Positions 30,462 through 41,248 are shown, counted from the first letter of the stretch. The stretch: DNA of 64,000 bases from Bacilli bacterium (GCA_047971315.1 JBKDZP010000008.1:65225-129224), one strand, 5' to 3'. Translations and numbers: made by a program. Notes: generated from the letters alone by a model not told the origin.

Positions 30462-30552
30462 GCTACTCCTCCTATCCTAATAAAATATTATCATAAATAA
30501 CAATCATTGTCAAACAAAAAAACGTAATTTGATACTACGTTTTTACAACCTG

Positions 30553-33093
30553 TTATCCTACTAAAGTAAATGTATATCCACTAAGTATTTCATTATTATC
30601 TGCTATTTTATTTACTGATAATAACAATTCTTTCATACTTTTTAATTCACTTATACTTGATTGATAATCAATTGTAGTTATTTCTTCTGTTATAACTGTT
30701 CCACCATCAACTGGAACAAATTCTGTACTAGTACCATCTGAATTAGTAATACTTCCATTGTTACTAGAATTTGTATAGTCATATATTTTTTCTGGAGTTT
30801 CAGTTATTATAGTTTGACCATTTGATTCTTCTATAAACTCAGTTTTAGACTGTGCATTTTTAGCAGCTTCCGCTGCTGCAGCTTCCGCTTCTTTTCTAGA
30901 TTGTTCTTCAAATTCTTTTTGTAGTTGTTCTGCTGTTTTATTTACTACGTTATTATTTGCATCTGTTACTACAGTTTTTGAATCTTCAGTAACTTTTACT
31001 GCAGCTTCCAATTCAGCTTGAGCTGTTGGACTACTTGAATCAATATTATATTTATCTAATTGTTCTTGTGAAATAATTACTGTTTCACCTGCATTGTTTG
31101 TAGCAGTAACACTACTTGCATCTGAACTAGATTTATATTTTGAAGAAATTTTACTTTCTTTAATATTTTGTAAATAAGTTTGTGGATTTTCAATTTCTAA
31201 ATAATTAGTAATTTCTATTTTTTCACTAACTTGTTCAATTACATTTTCAATAGAAAGAATTGCATCAAATTCCATATTAGCTGCTTTAACATTTGCATCT
31301 GTTTTCTTTTCATTAATATAACTATTAATAGCTGTTACAAATACTGATTCAAAACTACTAGCATCAACATTTGAATTTTTACTTGCTTCTAAAATAGCTT
31401 CTGCTTTTTCTTCACTAATATTAAATGTATTCATTATGTTTTCTACTGTTAATTCACCTTCAACACATGAAATTATATTAGTGTTTAATCTAGCTTGAAT
31501 AGCTTCTGAAAAGTTAGTATTTATTCCATAAGCATTTGTTATTTCTTGAAATGCTTTAATTTGAAATATTAATGTTTCTAAAGCTTCATTTGTGTAGATT
31601 GTATCACTCATTAATTTTTCATCAATAAATAATGAATATTCTTTTGCAATTTCTTTTCTTTCTTTTGAAGTTTCAACAGTATTAAATTTAGCAATTAAAT
31701 CTGAACTACTATTTAATAAATTAATATCATTTGTTTCGGAATATAATTTTGAATAATCAATTTGTTGACCTTCTTTTGCTGAAATAGTTTGGAAAAATAG
31801 TAATTCATTAACTCTAAAATAAATACCATTAGTCCCAAATATATCAGTTGGTTTAATACTACCTTCTTGCATAAACATTGCATATTCTTCATCACTAAAT
31901 TGTCTAGCATTAGCAAAGAATTTATAAAGTGTTAATTTATAAGCCATTTCATCTTTAGAATCTTCTGTAATTTCAATTCCTTTTGACATCAAATAATTAA
32001 TCATTTCAATTGATTGGCTAGTTAAAGAATCAAATACAAGTTGTTGTGATGTTAATTCTTCATTTTCTAAATTATCTTGTTCAACTAATTGTTGATTTGC
32101 TAACTTAGCTTGTATAATTTCATCTGCTTTTTCATCTGCTGATTGAGCTAATACTTGCATTTCTTGATTATTTTTTTCATTAATAGATGATGCACAAGCA
32201 CACATTGTAAGTGCTGTTGAAACTAAAAGAAGTGTACAAGTTCCTTGAATATATTTTTTCTTGTTAGCTCCATTTATATCTCTAACAATTCCATTTAATC
32301 CAGTTACATCCTTAGGATCTGCATCTTTAATTAATACTAATTTTGAAGATAATTTTGTTTGTTTTTCAACAAGTTTTTGTATTTTTTTGTTTTTTTGTTG
32401 TTCTTTTTTTTCATTTATTAATTCTTTAAATGAATTTGAAGTTTCAATTATTTTGTTTTGTACTTGTTTTTGGCAAACAATGAATTTATCTTTTTTTATT
32501 GATGCTGAAATTCTACCTTCTATGTACATATCAGCAATATTAACTTTTATTTTATTTAGATTACTTTTAATTTTATCTCCAAGTATTACCATTTGTTCTT
32601 TTGTATTTTTCTTATTTAATTTTGCTTCTTCATCTAATTCAACATCATTTACTGCCAAATTATATTCTCTTATAACATCTCTAATTTCACCAAAGAAAGA
32701 CTTTTTGTTATTATTTAAGTTTTCATTTTCAATTTTTTCTTCTTCAATTAAATTTGATTTTGAATTATAAATTAAATCACTTAACTCTTTAATGTCTTCA
32801 TTATTAAAAATGTTTTTTGAATTATTTTTTTCAGCAAAAGTTGTAGCCTTTTTTAACTCTTCATTAAATGTAACATTTTCAACTATTTCATCATATTTTT
32901 TTAGTAAATCACTAAGTAATGTATCTGAAATTTTATAACCCATTACTTGAATATCTAAATATTCAATCATTTTTGAATAATAGCTTTCTTCTAAGTCTGT
33001 TAAAGTTGTAGTTTCATTAACTTTATCAAATAAATTATTAAATAATTCAATAATTTGACCATCTATTCTTTTTTGTTTATCTGTATTTATCAT
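30553..33093 (-). CDS. Large (846 aa) coiled-coil-rich protein with a single internal TM segment
   Basis: The N-terminal about 280 aa are K/E-rich and predicted coiled-coil. Internal hydrophobic segment TCTLLLVSTALTMCACASS. Long extracytoplasmic region with Q/E/A-rich heptads; no known domain. Confidence 0.4.
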   Translation of the reverse strand: MINTDKQKRIDGQIIELFNNLFDKVNETTTLTDLEESYYSKMIEYLDIQVMGYKISDTLLSDLLKKYDEIVENVTFNEELKKATTFAEKNNSKNIFNNEDIKELSDLIYNSKSNLIEEEKIENENLNNNKKSFFGEIRDVIREYNLAVNDVELDEEAKLNKKNTKEQMVILGDKIKSNLNKIKVNIADMYIEGRISASIKKDKFIVCQKQVQNKIIETSNSFKELINEKKEQQKNKKIQKLVEKQTKLSSKLVLIKDADPKDVTGLNGIVRDINGANKKKYIQGTCTLLLVSTALTMCACASSINEKNNQEMQVLAQSADEKADEIIQAKLANQQLVEQDNLENEELTSQQLVFDSLTSQSIEMINYLMSKGIEITEDSKDEMAYKLTLYKFFANARQFSDEEYAMFMQEGSIKPTDIFGTNGIYFRVNELLFFQTISAKEGQQIDYSKLYSETNDINLLNSSSDLIAKFNTVETSKERKEIAKEYSLFIDEKLMSDTIYTNEALETLIFQIKAFQEITNAYGINTNFSEAIQARLNTNIISCVEGELTVENIMNTFNISEEKAEAILEASKNSNVDASSFESVFVTAINSYINEKKTDANVKAANMEFDAILSIENVIEQVSEKIEITNYLEIENPQTYLQNIKESKISSKYKSSSDASSVTATNNAGETVIISQEQLDKYNIDSSSPTAQAELEAAVKVTEDSKTVVTDANNNVVNKTAEQLQKEFEEQSRKEAEAAAAEAAKNAQSKTEFIEESNGQTIITETPEKIYDYTNSSNNGSITNSDGTSTEFVPVDGGTVITEEITTIDYQSSISELKSMKELLLSVNKIADNNEILSGYTFTLVG

Positions 33094-33128
33094 TTAAACC
33101 ACCCTTTCATTCAAACATAAATTTATGC

Positions 33129-34478
33129 TTAATTAACTTCTTTTCTATTTCCAGTATATTGATATCCTTGTTTTAATAAGTCTTGATCACTATATTTACT
33201 CCATACATATTTTGAAGTACCTGTATAAGTTCTAGTTTTATAACTATATAATGTAGTTGTAGTTGTTTTATAAACTGGTGTTCTACTAATTTCAATAGTA
33301 GGATATCCAGCAAATACTGTTTTAGTTCCAAATATTGGAGTTTTTTCAGTTCCATATTCAGTACATTTATATTCTGTTACTGGAGTAGAAGTTCTTGTAT
33401 ATACTTTATAATATCCTGCAGTTGATGCTGTACAATTGCTTCCACAAACAGTAGTATCCAAACTATCAATTACATAATATGTAGTTGATGTGTCTTTTGG
33501 TGTTGATGAATAATATTTTATAGTTGAATATGTCCAACTTCCATAAGTATATTCACCAGTTGCTACATAGTCATATTTAGTACAAACTGTTTTGTTTTCA
33601 TATCCAATAATTACTTGTTCAGTTTTATAAATTGGATTTGCTGTATCTTCTGCTGTTTTTACATTGTAACCAATTAATGTAGTTGCAGTTTGAATTTTTG
33701 TTCTTACACTAACAGTATCAGATGCTGTTACAGCTGTTGATGACCAAGCAGACCAATCTGTTTCAGTATAACTTCCAGTATTTAAAACATATTCATATAT
33801 ATATTCTTTTTCTACCTCAGTTGGATCTTCAGGATCTGGTGTTTCTGTATCTCCACCATTATTTATTATAATTGTATCATTGTCATTATTTATTATAGTT
33901 GTATTGTTATTATTATTATTAATAATAGTTGTATTGTTATTATTTACTACTTCATTTGTTTTTGAATCATATATTATAGGACTTTTAACATCACTCGTAT
34001 TAGATTCACAAATGGCAGTTTGACAATAATCATAACATCCCATATAAACCAATAAATAGTTTTCTTGTTCTCCACATTTTAAATTTACTTTCATTATAAA
34101 TTCATCATCATTTTTTGAAATTTCTACATATGAAGAATCTAGATCACATGCATCACCACTACTATCTACAAATGGTAAAATAATCTTAGCATCTAGCATT
34201 TCTCTTAAAGTCATTTTAACTTTGTCACCTACTTTTTGAGGTAACCTAGGTGTTGTATAATAACTTTTAGCTGCATCTTTCATTGCTAAAACATTATTAT
34301 TAAAAATTTGATCATAGAACATTGATAAATCTGTTTCACTATTCCCAACATTTTTAAGAGCATTATTTAAATCACTTTTCATTGGAAATATCCAGATTAA
34401 AACAAATATAAATAACACTATAAATAGAAATTGTAATATTAAATTTCTAATTGAAAAATTTGAATTTTCATTATACAT
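33129..34478 (-). CDS. N-terminally anchored extracytoplasmic protein with an Asn-rich linker and a Thr/Tyr-rich C-terminal domain
   Basis: TM LILQFLFIVLFIFVLIWIF; NNNNTTIINN repeats; the C-terminal half is rich in T, Y, S and G (TYTGTSKYVWSKY). Confidence 0.4.
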   Translation of the reverse strand: MYNENSNFSIRNLILQFLFIVLFIFVLIWIFPMKSDLNNALKNVGNSETDLSMFYDQIFNNNVLAMKDAAKSYYTTPRLPQKVGDKVKMTLREMLDAKIILPFVDSSGDACDLDSSYVEISKNDDEFIMKVNLKCGEQENYLLVYMGCYDYCQTAICESNTSDVKSPIIYDSKTNEVVNNNNTTIINNNNNNTTIINNDNDTIIINNGGDTETPDPEDPTEVEKEYIYEYVLNTGSYTETDWSAWSSTAVTASDTVSVRTKIQTATTLIGYNVKTAEDTANPIYKTEQVIIGYENKTVCTKYDYVATGEYTYGSWTYSTIKYYSSTPKDTSTTYYVIDSLDTTVCGSNCTASTAGYYKVYTRTSTPVTEYKCTEYGTEKTPIFGTKTVFAGYPTIEISRTPVYKTTTTTLYSYKTRTYTGTSKYVWSKYSDQDLLKQGYQYTGNRKEVN

Positions 34479-34797
34479 ATAAACTCCCCCTTCGATTTAT
34501 GTCGAGTATAATAACACAATATAATTAGTTTGTCAAATTATAAATTATTTTATTTTATTTTGTTGGTTTTAAATAGTTAATTCTTAATTATTTATATTTT
34601 AAATAGTTCTTTCTTATTCGTTTTTGATATAATAAAAATTAATTAAATAACCAAATATGAAATTTAAGTATTAAAAAAAGCGTAAATTTATCTATCGCTT
34701 TAATTTAATGTTTAATTAGAAATACTCTTTCAAATAATATAATCAATTTATTTATGAAAAACTATCTATAAAAATAAATTATTTAATTTTTAAATAA

Positions 34798-35064
34798 TTA
34801 TAATTTAATTTTAACTATTGTACAACCTGGATTAAAAAAACTCGTTTGAAACTCAATTACTAATTTATTTTTTTTTAGTGTATCTAAAGTTGTACTTCTT
34901 AAAATTCCACTTCCAATTCCATGAACTATTATAAAAACATTATTTTTTAATTTCTTTTGTTCATTAATAAAATCTGTAACAAAAACTCTAGCAGTTTCTC
35001 TATCAAGTCCATGAAGATCAATTTTAGGTAAATTGTCAGCGAATAATATATTACTTAAGCTCAT
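34798..35064 (-). CDS. Smr-domain protein
   Basis: 88 aa; IDLHGLDRETARVFVTDFI...IIVHGIGSGILR matches the Smr (small MutS-related) DLHG...HGKG pattern. Confidence 0.6.
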   Translation of the reverse strand: MSLSNILFADNLPKIDLHGLDRETARVFVTDFINEQKKLKNNVFIIVHGIGSGILRSTTLDTLKKNKLVIEFQTSFFNPGCTIVKIKL

Positions 35065-35947
35065 GATAATACTCTCTTATTTCTTCTAGACTAAATATTG
35101 AATGACGACTACCAATTCTACTTACTGATAATCCTGCAGTAATATTTGATAATTTAAGAATTTGTTCAAAATCCATTTGTTTTGATATACCATAAGTAAA
35201 AGCACCACAAAAAATATCACATGCATATGTTGAATCAACTACATCTACTTTAATCGAAGCCATTTGTTTTATATTATTATCTATTTCATATAAACAGCCT
35301 TTTTCTTCTAATGTAACAATAATCATTCCGTGAAAAATATTTTTTATAGTTTTATACAATTTTTCTAAAGTTACATTATTATTGTAATCAATTTTAATAT
35401 TACTAAGTTCTTCAGCAACCTTTTTTGAACAAACTATATAATCAACCTTTTTTGCTAAAGAAATTGTATTTTCAGAATATGTTTCAGCAGAAATTATTGA
35501 AATTGCACTTGGATATTTTTCAATTAAATTTTTAGAAAAATCATACTCCCCACCATCAAATAATAATATATCTGGTTCAAATTCTAATTCAAAATCATCT
35601 AATTTATTATTTTGAGGATTAAATGTCAAAATAGTTATTTTTTTATTTTCTTGATTTCCTATTTTAAAATTAGTATTTGATTTTTCATTTGATATTTTTA
35701 AATAATCGGTATTAACGTTAACCATTTCAAAATCATCCTTAATTTTTTTACCAAATTCATCATTACCAACAACACCAGCAAAATATACATCACTATCCCA
35801 TTTGCCTAATAAATATGCAGCATTACTTGCAGCACCACCGATACATTCTATTTTATTATTTATTTTAGTTTCGATATTTTCAATTGGAAAAGATGAAACT
35901 TGCATAATAAAATCATTATATACATTACCCACACATAATATTTTCAT
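35051..35947 (-). CDS. PfkB-family carbohydrate kinase (ribokinase-like)
   Basis: 298 aa; N-terminal MKILCVGNVYNDF, ribokinase-like GG motif CIGGAASNAA; C-terminal anion-hole region around the DSTYACD motif. Confidence 0.7.
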   Translation of the reverse strand: MKILCVGNVYNDFIMQVSSFPIENIETKINNKIECIGGAASNAAYLLGKWDSDVYFAGVVGNDEFGKKIKDDFEMVNVNTDYLKISNEKSNTNFKIGNQENKKITILTFNPQNNKLDDFELEFEPDILLFDGGEYDFSKNLIEKYPSAISIISAETYSENTISLAKKVDYIVCSKKVAEELSNIKIDYNNNVTLEKLYKTIKNIFHGMIIVTLEEKGCLYEIDNNIKQMASIKVDVVDSTYACDIFCGAFTYGISKQMDFEQILKLSNITAGLSVSRIGSRHSIFSLEEIREYYHELK

Positions 35948-35989
35948 TTACATCACCTAGTATAATTATAAAAGAAAAAGACTGTTTTA

Positions 35990-36760
35990 TCAATCTTTTT
36001 TATTAAATGCATTAGTTAATATGTAAAGTGGATAATTATAGAATAAATTCTTCACCTTTTCTTCGCCATATCTTTTTGAAATAAAATTATAAGATTCAAA
36101 ATACGATTGATAGTTTCTTTTTTCATTATCATGATAATCACTAGCAACAATATCTACCAAATTTTCATCCAACATTTTTTTTGCAAATTTATATATTTTT
36201 GAATTACCTTTATTTTTAATTACACTTGTAGCATCTAATTGTAAAATTATAGATTCATTTTTAAGCTTTTTAAGTAATTTAATATCTTGATAATTTGCAT
36301 ACAATTCTGGATGAGCTAAAATTATCCTATACCCTAAATCCATAATATTTTCTATTTGTTCTAATAATTCATTAAAACTTCTATTTTCATTTCTTTTAAA
36401 TTCTACTAATACATAATTACTACCATTTAATGTTCTAATTTTTTTATTACTAAGTAAATAACTTGTTTCAGAAGTTAGCATTATTTCATTTCCAAGTAAA
36501 AGTTTAATTCCATATTTTTTAGCAATTTCTCTTAAAATTTCAAAATTTTTATTTACTTTTAATCTTCTTTGTACATCACCATATTTTGTATGTGGTGTAC
36601 AAACTATAACTTTAACTCCAATTTTTTGTGCTTGCACTAAAGTATTTATACTTTGTTCTAATGTTTTAGAACCATCATCAACATCAAATAAAATATGACT
36701 GTGAATATCAATCATTTTATTTTCTGTGATCTGAGTAATAGTAATCATATTTATATCCAT
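35990..36760 (-). CDS. PHP-family manganese-dependent protein-tyrosine phosphatase (CpsB/YwqE-like)
   Basis: MIDIHSHILFDVDDGSKTLEQS N-terminus (HxH...DDG) typical of CpsB; 256 aa; translationally coupled to the upstream BY-kinase. Confidence 0.8.
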   Translation of the reverse strand: MDINMITITQITENKMIDIHSHILFDVDDGSKTLEQSINTLVQAQKIGVKVIVCTPHTKYGDVQRRLKVNKNFEILREIAKKYGIKLLLGNEIMLTSETSYLLSNKKIRTLNGSNYVLVEFKRNENRSFNELLEQIENIMDLGYRIILAHPELYANYQDIKLLKKLKNESIILQLDATSVIKNKGNSKIYKFAKKMLDENLVDIVASDYHDNEKRNYQSYFESYNFISKRYGEEKVKNLFYNYPLYILTNAFNKKD

Positions 36761-38132
36761 ATAATTTTTTTTCTCTTTTAATATTTACTTTAGTTAATAC
36801 AGCACCTAGCACAAAAGCTTTATTATTTTGCAAATCTTCAATACAATTACCAATAACCTGATAATCTGTACGATCTGATTCAATTATATAAATAGTCCCA
36901 TCTGCTAACTTAGATACTAATACTCCATCAGTTATCATAGAAATAGGTGGACAGTCAAGTAATACTAAATCATAGTCAATACTAACTTCTTTTATTAATT
37001 TAGCAAAAAATGTACTATTAATTAATTCAGAGGAATTTGATATTTTACTACCAGCCGGTAATATATCAATTGAAACATCATTCACTCCAGTTTTATATGT
37101 TTGTATCACTTCTTTATAATTATTAACACCATGTGATAAAACAATGTCTGAAACACCATATTGTCTTGAAATTCCAAATTTTTTATGAATTTTTGGTCTT
37201 CTTAAATCACAATCAACTATTAATACTTTCTTACCTAACATCGCAAATGCAACTGCTGTATTACTAATTACTTCAGTTTTCCCTTCAGATGCTACTGTTG
37301 ATGTAACATTAAGTACTTTTAAATCTAAAAAATTTAAATTAGTACGTAACATACGTATTGATTCAGAAATAATACTTGTTGGCTCTTTTACTATTTGTAA
37401 ATCAACAACGTTTGAATTTACTATATTTTTTTTCTTTTTCTTATCTACATTTTCATATTCAATTGAATCATGAGGAATTACTCCTAATGTTTTAATTTTT
37501 AAATATCTTTTAATATCTTCATGATTTTTAATTTTATTATCCATTGATTCTAATAAAAATGCTAAAACAAGTCCTAAGATTAATCCAGCAGCCAGCCCCA
37601 TAACACTATTTTTTAATATATTAGGTTCAACTGGATTTCTATCAGTTATGGCTTCATCTATTATTCTTATATTACTTATTTCCATTGTTGATTTAATTTC
37701 ATTTATAAATACTTCAGCTATTGTATTTGCAATTTCACTTGCTAATTTTGGATCATCTGTTTTAACTGTTATAGAGATTATTTCTGTATCACTTAATGAA
37801 GAAACAGTTAAACTATTAATTATTTCACTATATGATAAATCTAGTACTAATATTTCTTTTACTTGATTTATTATTGATCTACTTTTAATTATTTGAGTAT
37901 ACGTTTTAACTAATCTTTGACTTGATAATAATGTTTCATAGTCAACATCTCCTGATGAAGATACTTTTGGTTGAACATATAGTGTTGTTCTACTTTCATA
38001 TTTTAGTGGAGCTGTATAATTATAAAATACTGCTGCTCCTAGACCAATTAATGAAAAAAATAATATTAAAATAATTCTTTTTCCAATTGCTTTAAAAATA
38101 TCAGACAAATCTAAATCTTTTTCATCTGTCAT
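36717..38132 (-). CDS. Fused polysaccharide co-polymerase (Wzz/CpsC-like, 2 TM) + BY tyrosine kinase (CpsD-like)
   Basis: TM1 at aa about 20-40 and TM2 around GLAAGLILGLVLAFLL. Then Walker A SEGKT, Walker A' LIVDCDLRRP, Walker B DLVLLDCPP, and the C-terminal Tyr cluster YGYKYDYYYS. Confidence 0.8.
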   Translation of the reverse strand: MTDEKDLDLSDIFKAIGKRIILILFFSLIGLGAAVFYNYTAPLKYESRTTLYVQPKVSSSGDVDYETLLSSQRLVKTYTQIIKSRSIINQVKEILVLDLSYSEIINSLTVSSLSDTEIISITVKTDDPKLASEIANTIAEVFINEIKSTMEISNIRIIDEAITDRNPVEPNILKNSVMGLAAGLILGLVLAFLLESMDNKIKNHEDIKRYLKIKTLGVIPHDSIEYENVDKKKKKNIVNSNVVDLQIVKEPTSIISESIRMLRTNLNFLDLKVLNVTSTVASEGKTEVISNTAVAFAMLGKKVLIVDCDLRRPKIHKKFGISRQYGVSDIVLSHGVNNYKEVIQTYKTGVNDVSIDILPAGSKISNSSELINSTFFAKLIKEVSIDYDLVLLDCPPISMITDGVLVSKLADGTIYIIESDRTDYQVIGNCIEDLQNNKAFVLGAVLTKVNIKREKKLYGYKYDYYYSDHRK

Positions 38133-38181
38133 ATTTGTCCCCCCTTTTTTATTGCATATTATATATTAAATTTATATTTTG

Positions 38182-39285
38182 TCAAATTATTGTATCGTTT
38201 ATTTTTATTTTTTTAAAAAAACAAAATAAGTAAAAATAATACAATGTTTTTACTTTTTCATTTAAAAATAATTGAACAAAGAAGTAAGTCATCTTATCAT
38301 TTCTTTTTAAATAGTCAGCAATTTCTTTATTGCTATTTAAATATTTAAATATTTTTTTTATTTTATCATTTTCTATTATTTTATTAATCTCAACTAAAAA
38401 TTGCTTTTTATTCATATTTTTACTTTTTTTAAGTTCGTATATTAATGAATTAAGTATCATTAGTATTCTAATTACCAAACTCATTTTATAATGCTTTCTA
38501 TCTTTTATTTTAAATTCATCAATTGATTTATATAAAAGATAATAAATATTCAACATATCTTCAATTTGTTTTATTGATTCTTCTATTTCTAATCTAATTT
38601 TATTTGATGAATTTTCATAAACATATAATTCATCAGGTATAAATAATATAGAATTCATTTTTTTATATATTTCAATATTAATTACTAAATCACTAAAATA
38701 TATTAAATCATTAGATACATTCGTAACATTATCCATTATCTTTTTTTTAATTAATTGCTTAGTTACACCATCGCAATTTCCAGTTTTATAAAGTAAATCA
38801 AAAAATTTAGGTTCTAATTCTGCTAGATTCATTTTAACATTTCTATTTAAAATATTTTTTGGTATTTCGTAGCTTCCATTATGAAATATTTTATGTTGAG
38901 AATGTACTATATCAACATCATATTGCAATAAATTATTATACATTATTTCAATCATATTTTTTTCTATAAAATCACCTGTTTCAACATATAACAAGTATTT
39001 TCCTTTGGCTTTTTTATAACCAAATACTTTGTTATTGTATTCACCTTTTTTGCATATTACTTTTATTCTTTTATCTTTGTTCACAAATTTTATTATATTC
39101 TTGTCCAATTTATAATTTTTTTCTATTATAATCAATATTTCTAAATTACTATATGTTTGTTTCAAGATAGATGACAAAGTTTTTTTTAAATCAGTATCAC
39201 TATTTTTTAAAATAACTACAATACTAATTAATTCAGTTTTCATGTATACCTCCTTAAAGGTTTTTTTATCACTCAAAATAGACAC
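38182..39285 (-). CDS. Family 2 glycosyltransferase with a C-terminal extension
   Basis: ISIVVILKNSDTDLKKTLSSILKQTYSNLEILII, the GT2 N-terminal DxD-type fold; 367 aa. Confidence 0.75.
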   Translation of the reverse strand: MSILSDKKTFKEVYMKTELISIVVILKNSDTDLKKTLSSILKQTYSNLEILIIIEKNYKLDKNIIKFVNKDKRIKVICKKGEYNNKVFGYKKAKGKYLLYVETGDFIEKNMIEIMYNNLLQYDVDIVHSQHKIFHNGSYEIPKNILNRNVKMNLAELEPKFFDLLYKTGNCDGVTKQLIKKKIMDNVTNVSNDLIYFSDLVINIEIYKKMNSILFIPDELYVYENSSNKIRLEIEESIKQIEDMLNIYYLLYKSIDEFKIKDRKHYKMSLVIRILMILNSLIYELKKSKNMNKKQFLVEINKIIENDKIKKIFKYLNSNKEIADYLKRNDKMTYFFVQLFLNEKVKTLYYFYLFCFFKKIKINDTII

Positions 39286-39995
39286 TTATTAATTATACAT
39301 TCTTTTATTTTTTTGTCAAATATTAATGAAAGTAAAAAGTGAAAAGAGGTTTGTAATTTAGTATTTAAAAGGAATATTTTTAATTAAAACACAATTATTA
39401 TAAAATGTTTAAGTAGTAATTTCATATAACAAATCTAATAATTATTTATCTTTTTTATTAAATTATTAAAAATTCAATGTATTCGAATATATATTTTAAG
39501 CAATTTCGACTAAAAAGATTTTAAATTATACTGTTTCAATTAAATTCATTAAATATTTGTTATTTTATTTTTTAACCTTTTCTACATTCATATATAAATG
39601 TAATTAACTTCATATTTTAAAAAAAAACAGAAATTTAAAATTCTGGTTTTAGTCTTTAAAACTTGTTTCATTATATGATTTTTTTATATTTTCTTCTTTA
39701 AAAATGAATTATCCATAATATTTTTTATAATAATCGATTATAAAAAAATAATTCCTAATATAATTGTACCAAATTTCTAACGAAAAATCATTCTTCTTTG
39801 TTAAACTATTACAAAAGAAAAAGTGTTGGTAATTATATTTTTCGACCAAAAAAAATACTAACACACTTATTATTAAACTCGAAAAATAATAAAAGAAAAA
39901 GTTTTTCTCTCTTAGTCAAAACGAAGGAAGAGATTTTCCAGGAATACTGAAAAAATCAAAAATTATGGATTGAGCTAATATTTTAAAATCTAATT

Positions 39996-40247
39996 TTAAA
40001 AGGGAGGTACAAAAATACTTTTATTTATTGTTTTTCTATTATAAAAACCGAAATTATCTCCATGAGTGCAGAAAAATTTAAAACCATCAATGTCTAAAAT
40101 ATAATATTTATCAAAACAATTAATATCCATATTTATTATTTCATCAACATTATCATTATTTCCTTTTAGACATATAACTTTTTCTTTTTGAAATAAAAGT
40201 ATCGGTTGAATACCTGTTGTATTATTAATTTGCCTATTAACTTTCAA
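39996..40247 (-). pseudogene. Internal fragment of a YfcE-type metallophosphoesterase
   Basis: ...VICLKGNNDNVDEI...YYILDIDGFKFFCTHGDNFG aligns with the RGNCD...LLTHGH core of YfcE-like phosphoesterases. It is truncated at both ends, with no start context. Confidence 0.4.
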
Positions 40248-40255
40248 ATTTTTTT

Positions 40256-41086
40256 TTATATTATTTTAATTAATTCTTCTTTAGTTTCGAACTCACCATT
40301 ATAAGTAATTAACCAACTTATAAATCCATTACATGATTCATCTTTCCCTTTGGTATATGGTTTTCTAGGTTTACATTTCCTGGGTTCAAATCCTATATCT
40401 TTTGAAAATGTCTTAAATTCTTTATAAAATTCTTTCTTCTTTGTATCCATAATACTACTCATATTATCAGTAAATGTTTCTTTTGGTAACCCCCAATATA
40501 TTGAAATATTTTAATCAAACATTTTTGAACATCATTTCTTATTTTAAATTTACTATAAATAAATATATGTAATCTACTAGCTCGTAATGTAGAAGAAAAT
40601 ATTTTAAATTTAAATAATTCACCATATTTATTAAACATCTTTATATCTTCTTTCCAATCAAATTATAGTTGTTTACCTAACTCTGTTTCATATCTTAAAT
40701 GTACTTTATTTTTTTTATTTGATTTTAATTGTTTCTTTTTTTACATATTGATAGAAATTTGAATATATCCCAATATTATTATCTTTATCTTTAATATATT
40801 GATATGTTCATGATATTGTTGAACCAGGTAAATCTAGTTTTTCTTTTATTTCTTATATATATTTATCCAATTTTGAACTTCTAATTCTATTACTAAGTTT
40901 GCCTTCATAACCATTATCATACTTTTTTATTATTCTTCTATCCATTATATAATTTCTACTTAATTCAAAATAATTAGGCTTTATTTCTAATGTTTTCAAT
41001 ATTATCAACATCTGTTTCAATTTTATTATTTTATCCATGTTATACCTCCATATTTTACCTTTAAAGTATAACAAAAGAATGTACAT
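40256..41086 (-). mobile_element. Degraded DDE transposase gene (IS remnant): N-terminal HTH ORF plus frameshifted/stop-interrupted catalytic core
   Basis: The 77-aa ORF 40853..41086 is a basic HTH-like N-terminus. The downstream frames give ...EKLDLPGSTIS(TGA)TYQYIKD..., ...LPKETFTDNMSS..., and the C-terminus CKPRKPYTKGKDESCNGFISWLITYNGEF. That C-terminus is RPY-x-KGK-x-E, i.e. the catalytic Glu of a DDE/integrase-core transposase. There are several in-frame stops and shifts, and no inverted repeats were identified. Confidence 0.5.
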
Positions 41087-41248
41087 TTTTGTGCATTTTT
41101 ATATTACATTTTTTGTACATTCTTATTTTATCATTAACAATTTTCTACTTATTTGATTATTTATACTAAATTACTAAATTTTTATACTCTATTTAACAGC
41201 TATATATAAATTATTTACAAAATAGTAAATCAATAAATTTATTACGAT

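Noticed and set aside
40460-40850. Possibility that the window uses genetic code 4 (TGA=Trp), making the transposase intact
   Set aside because: All long housekeeping ORFs (ftsZ, murG, cysS, ppdK, topA, etc.) are complete under the standard code with Trp encoded by TGG. The transposase also contains TAA stops and frameshifts. The host is code 11 and the transposase is dead.
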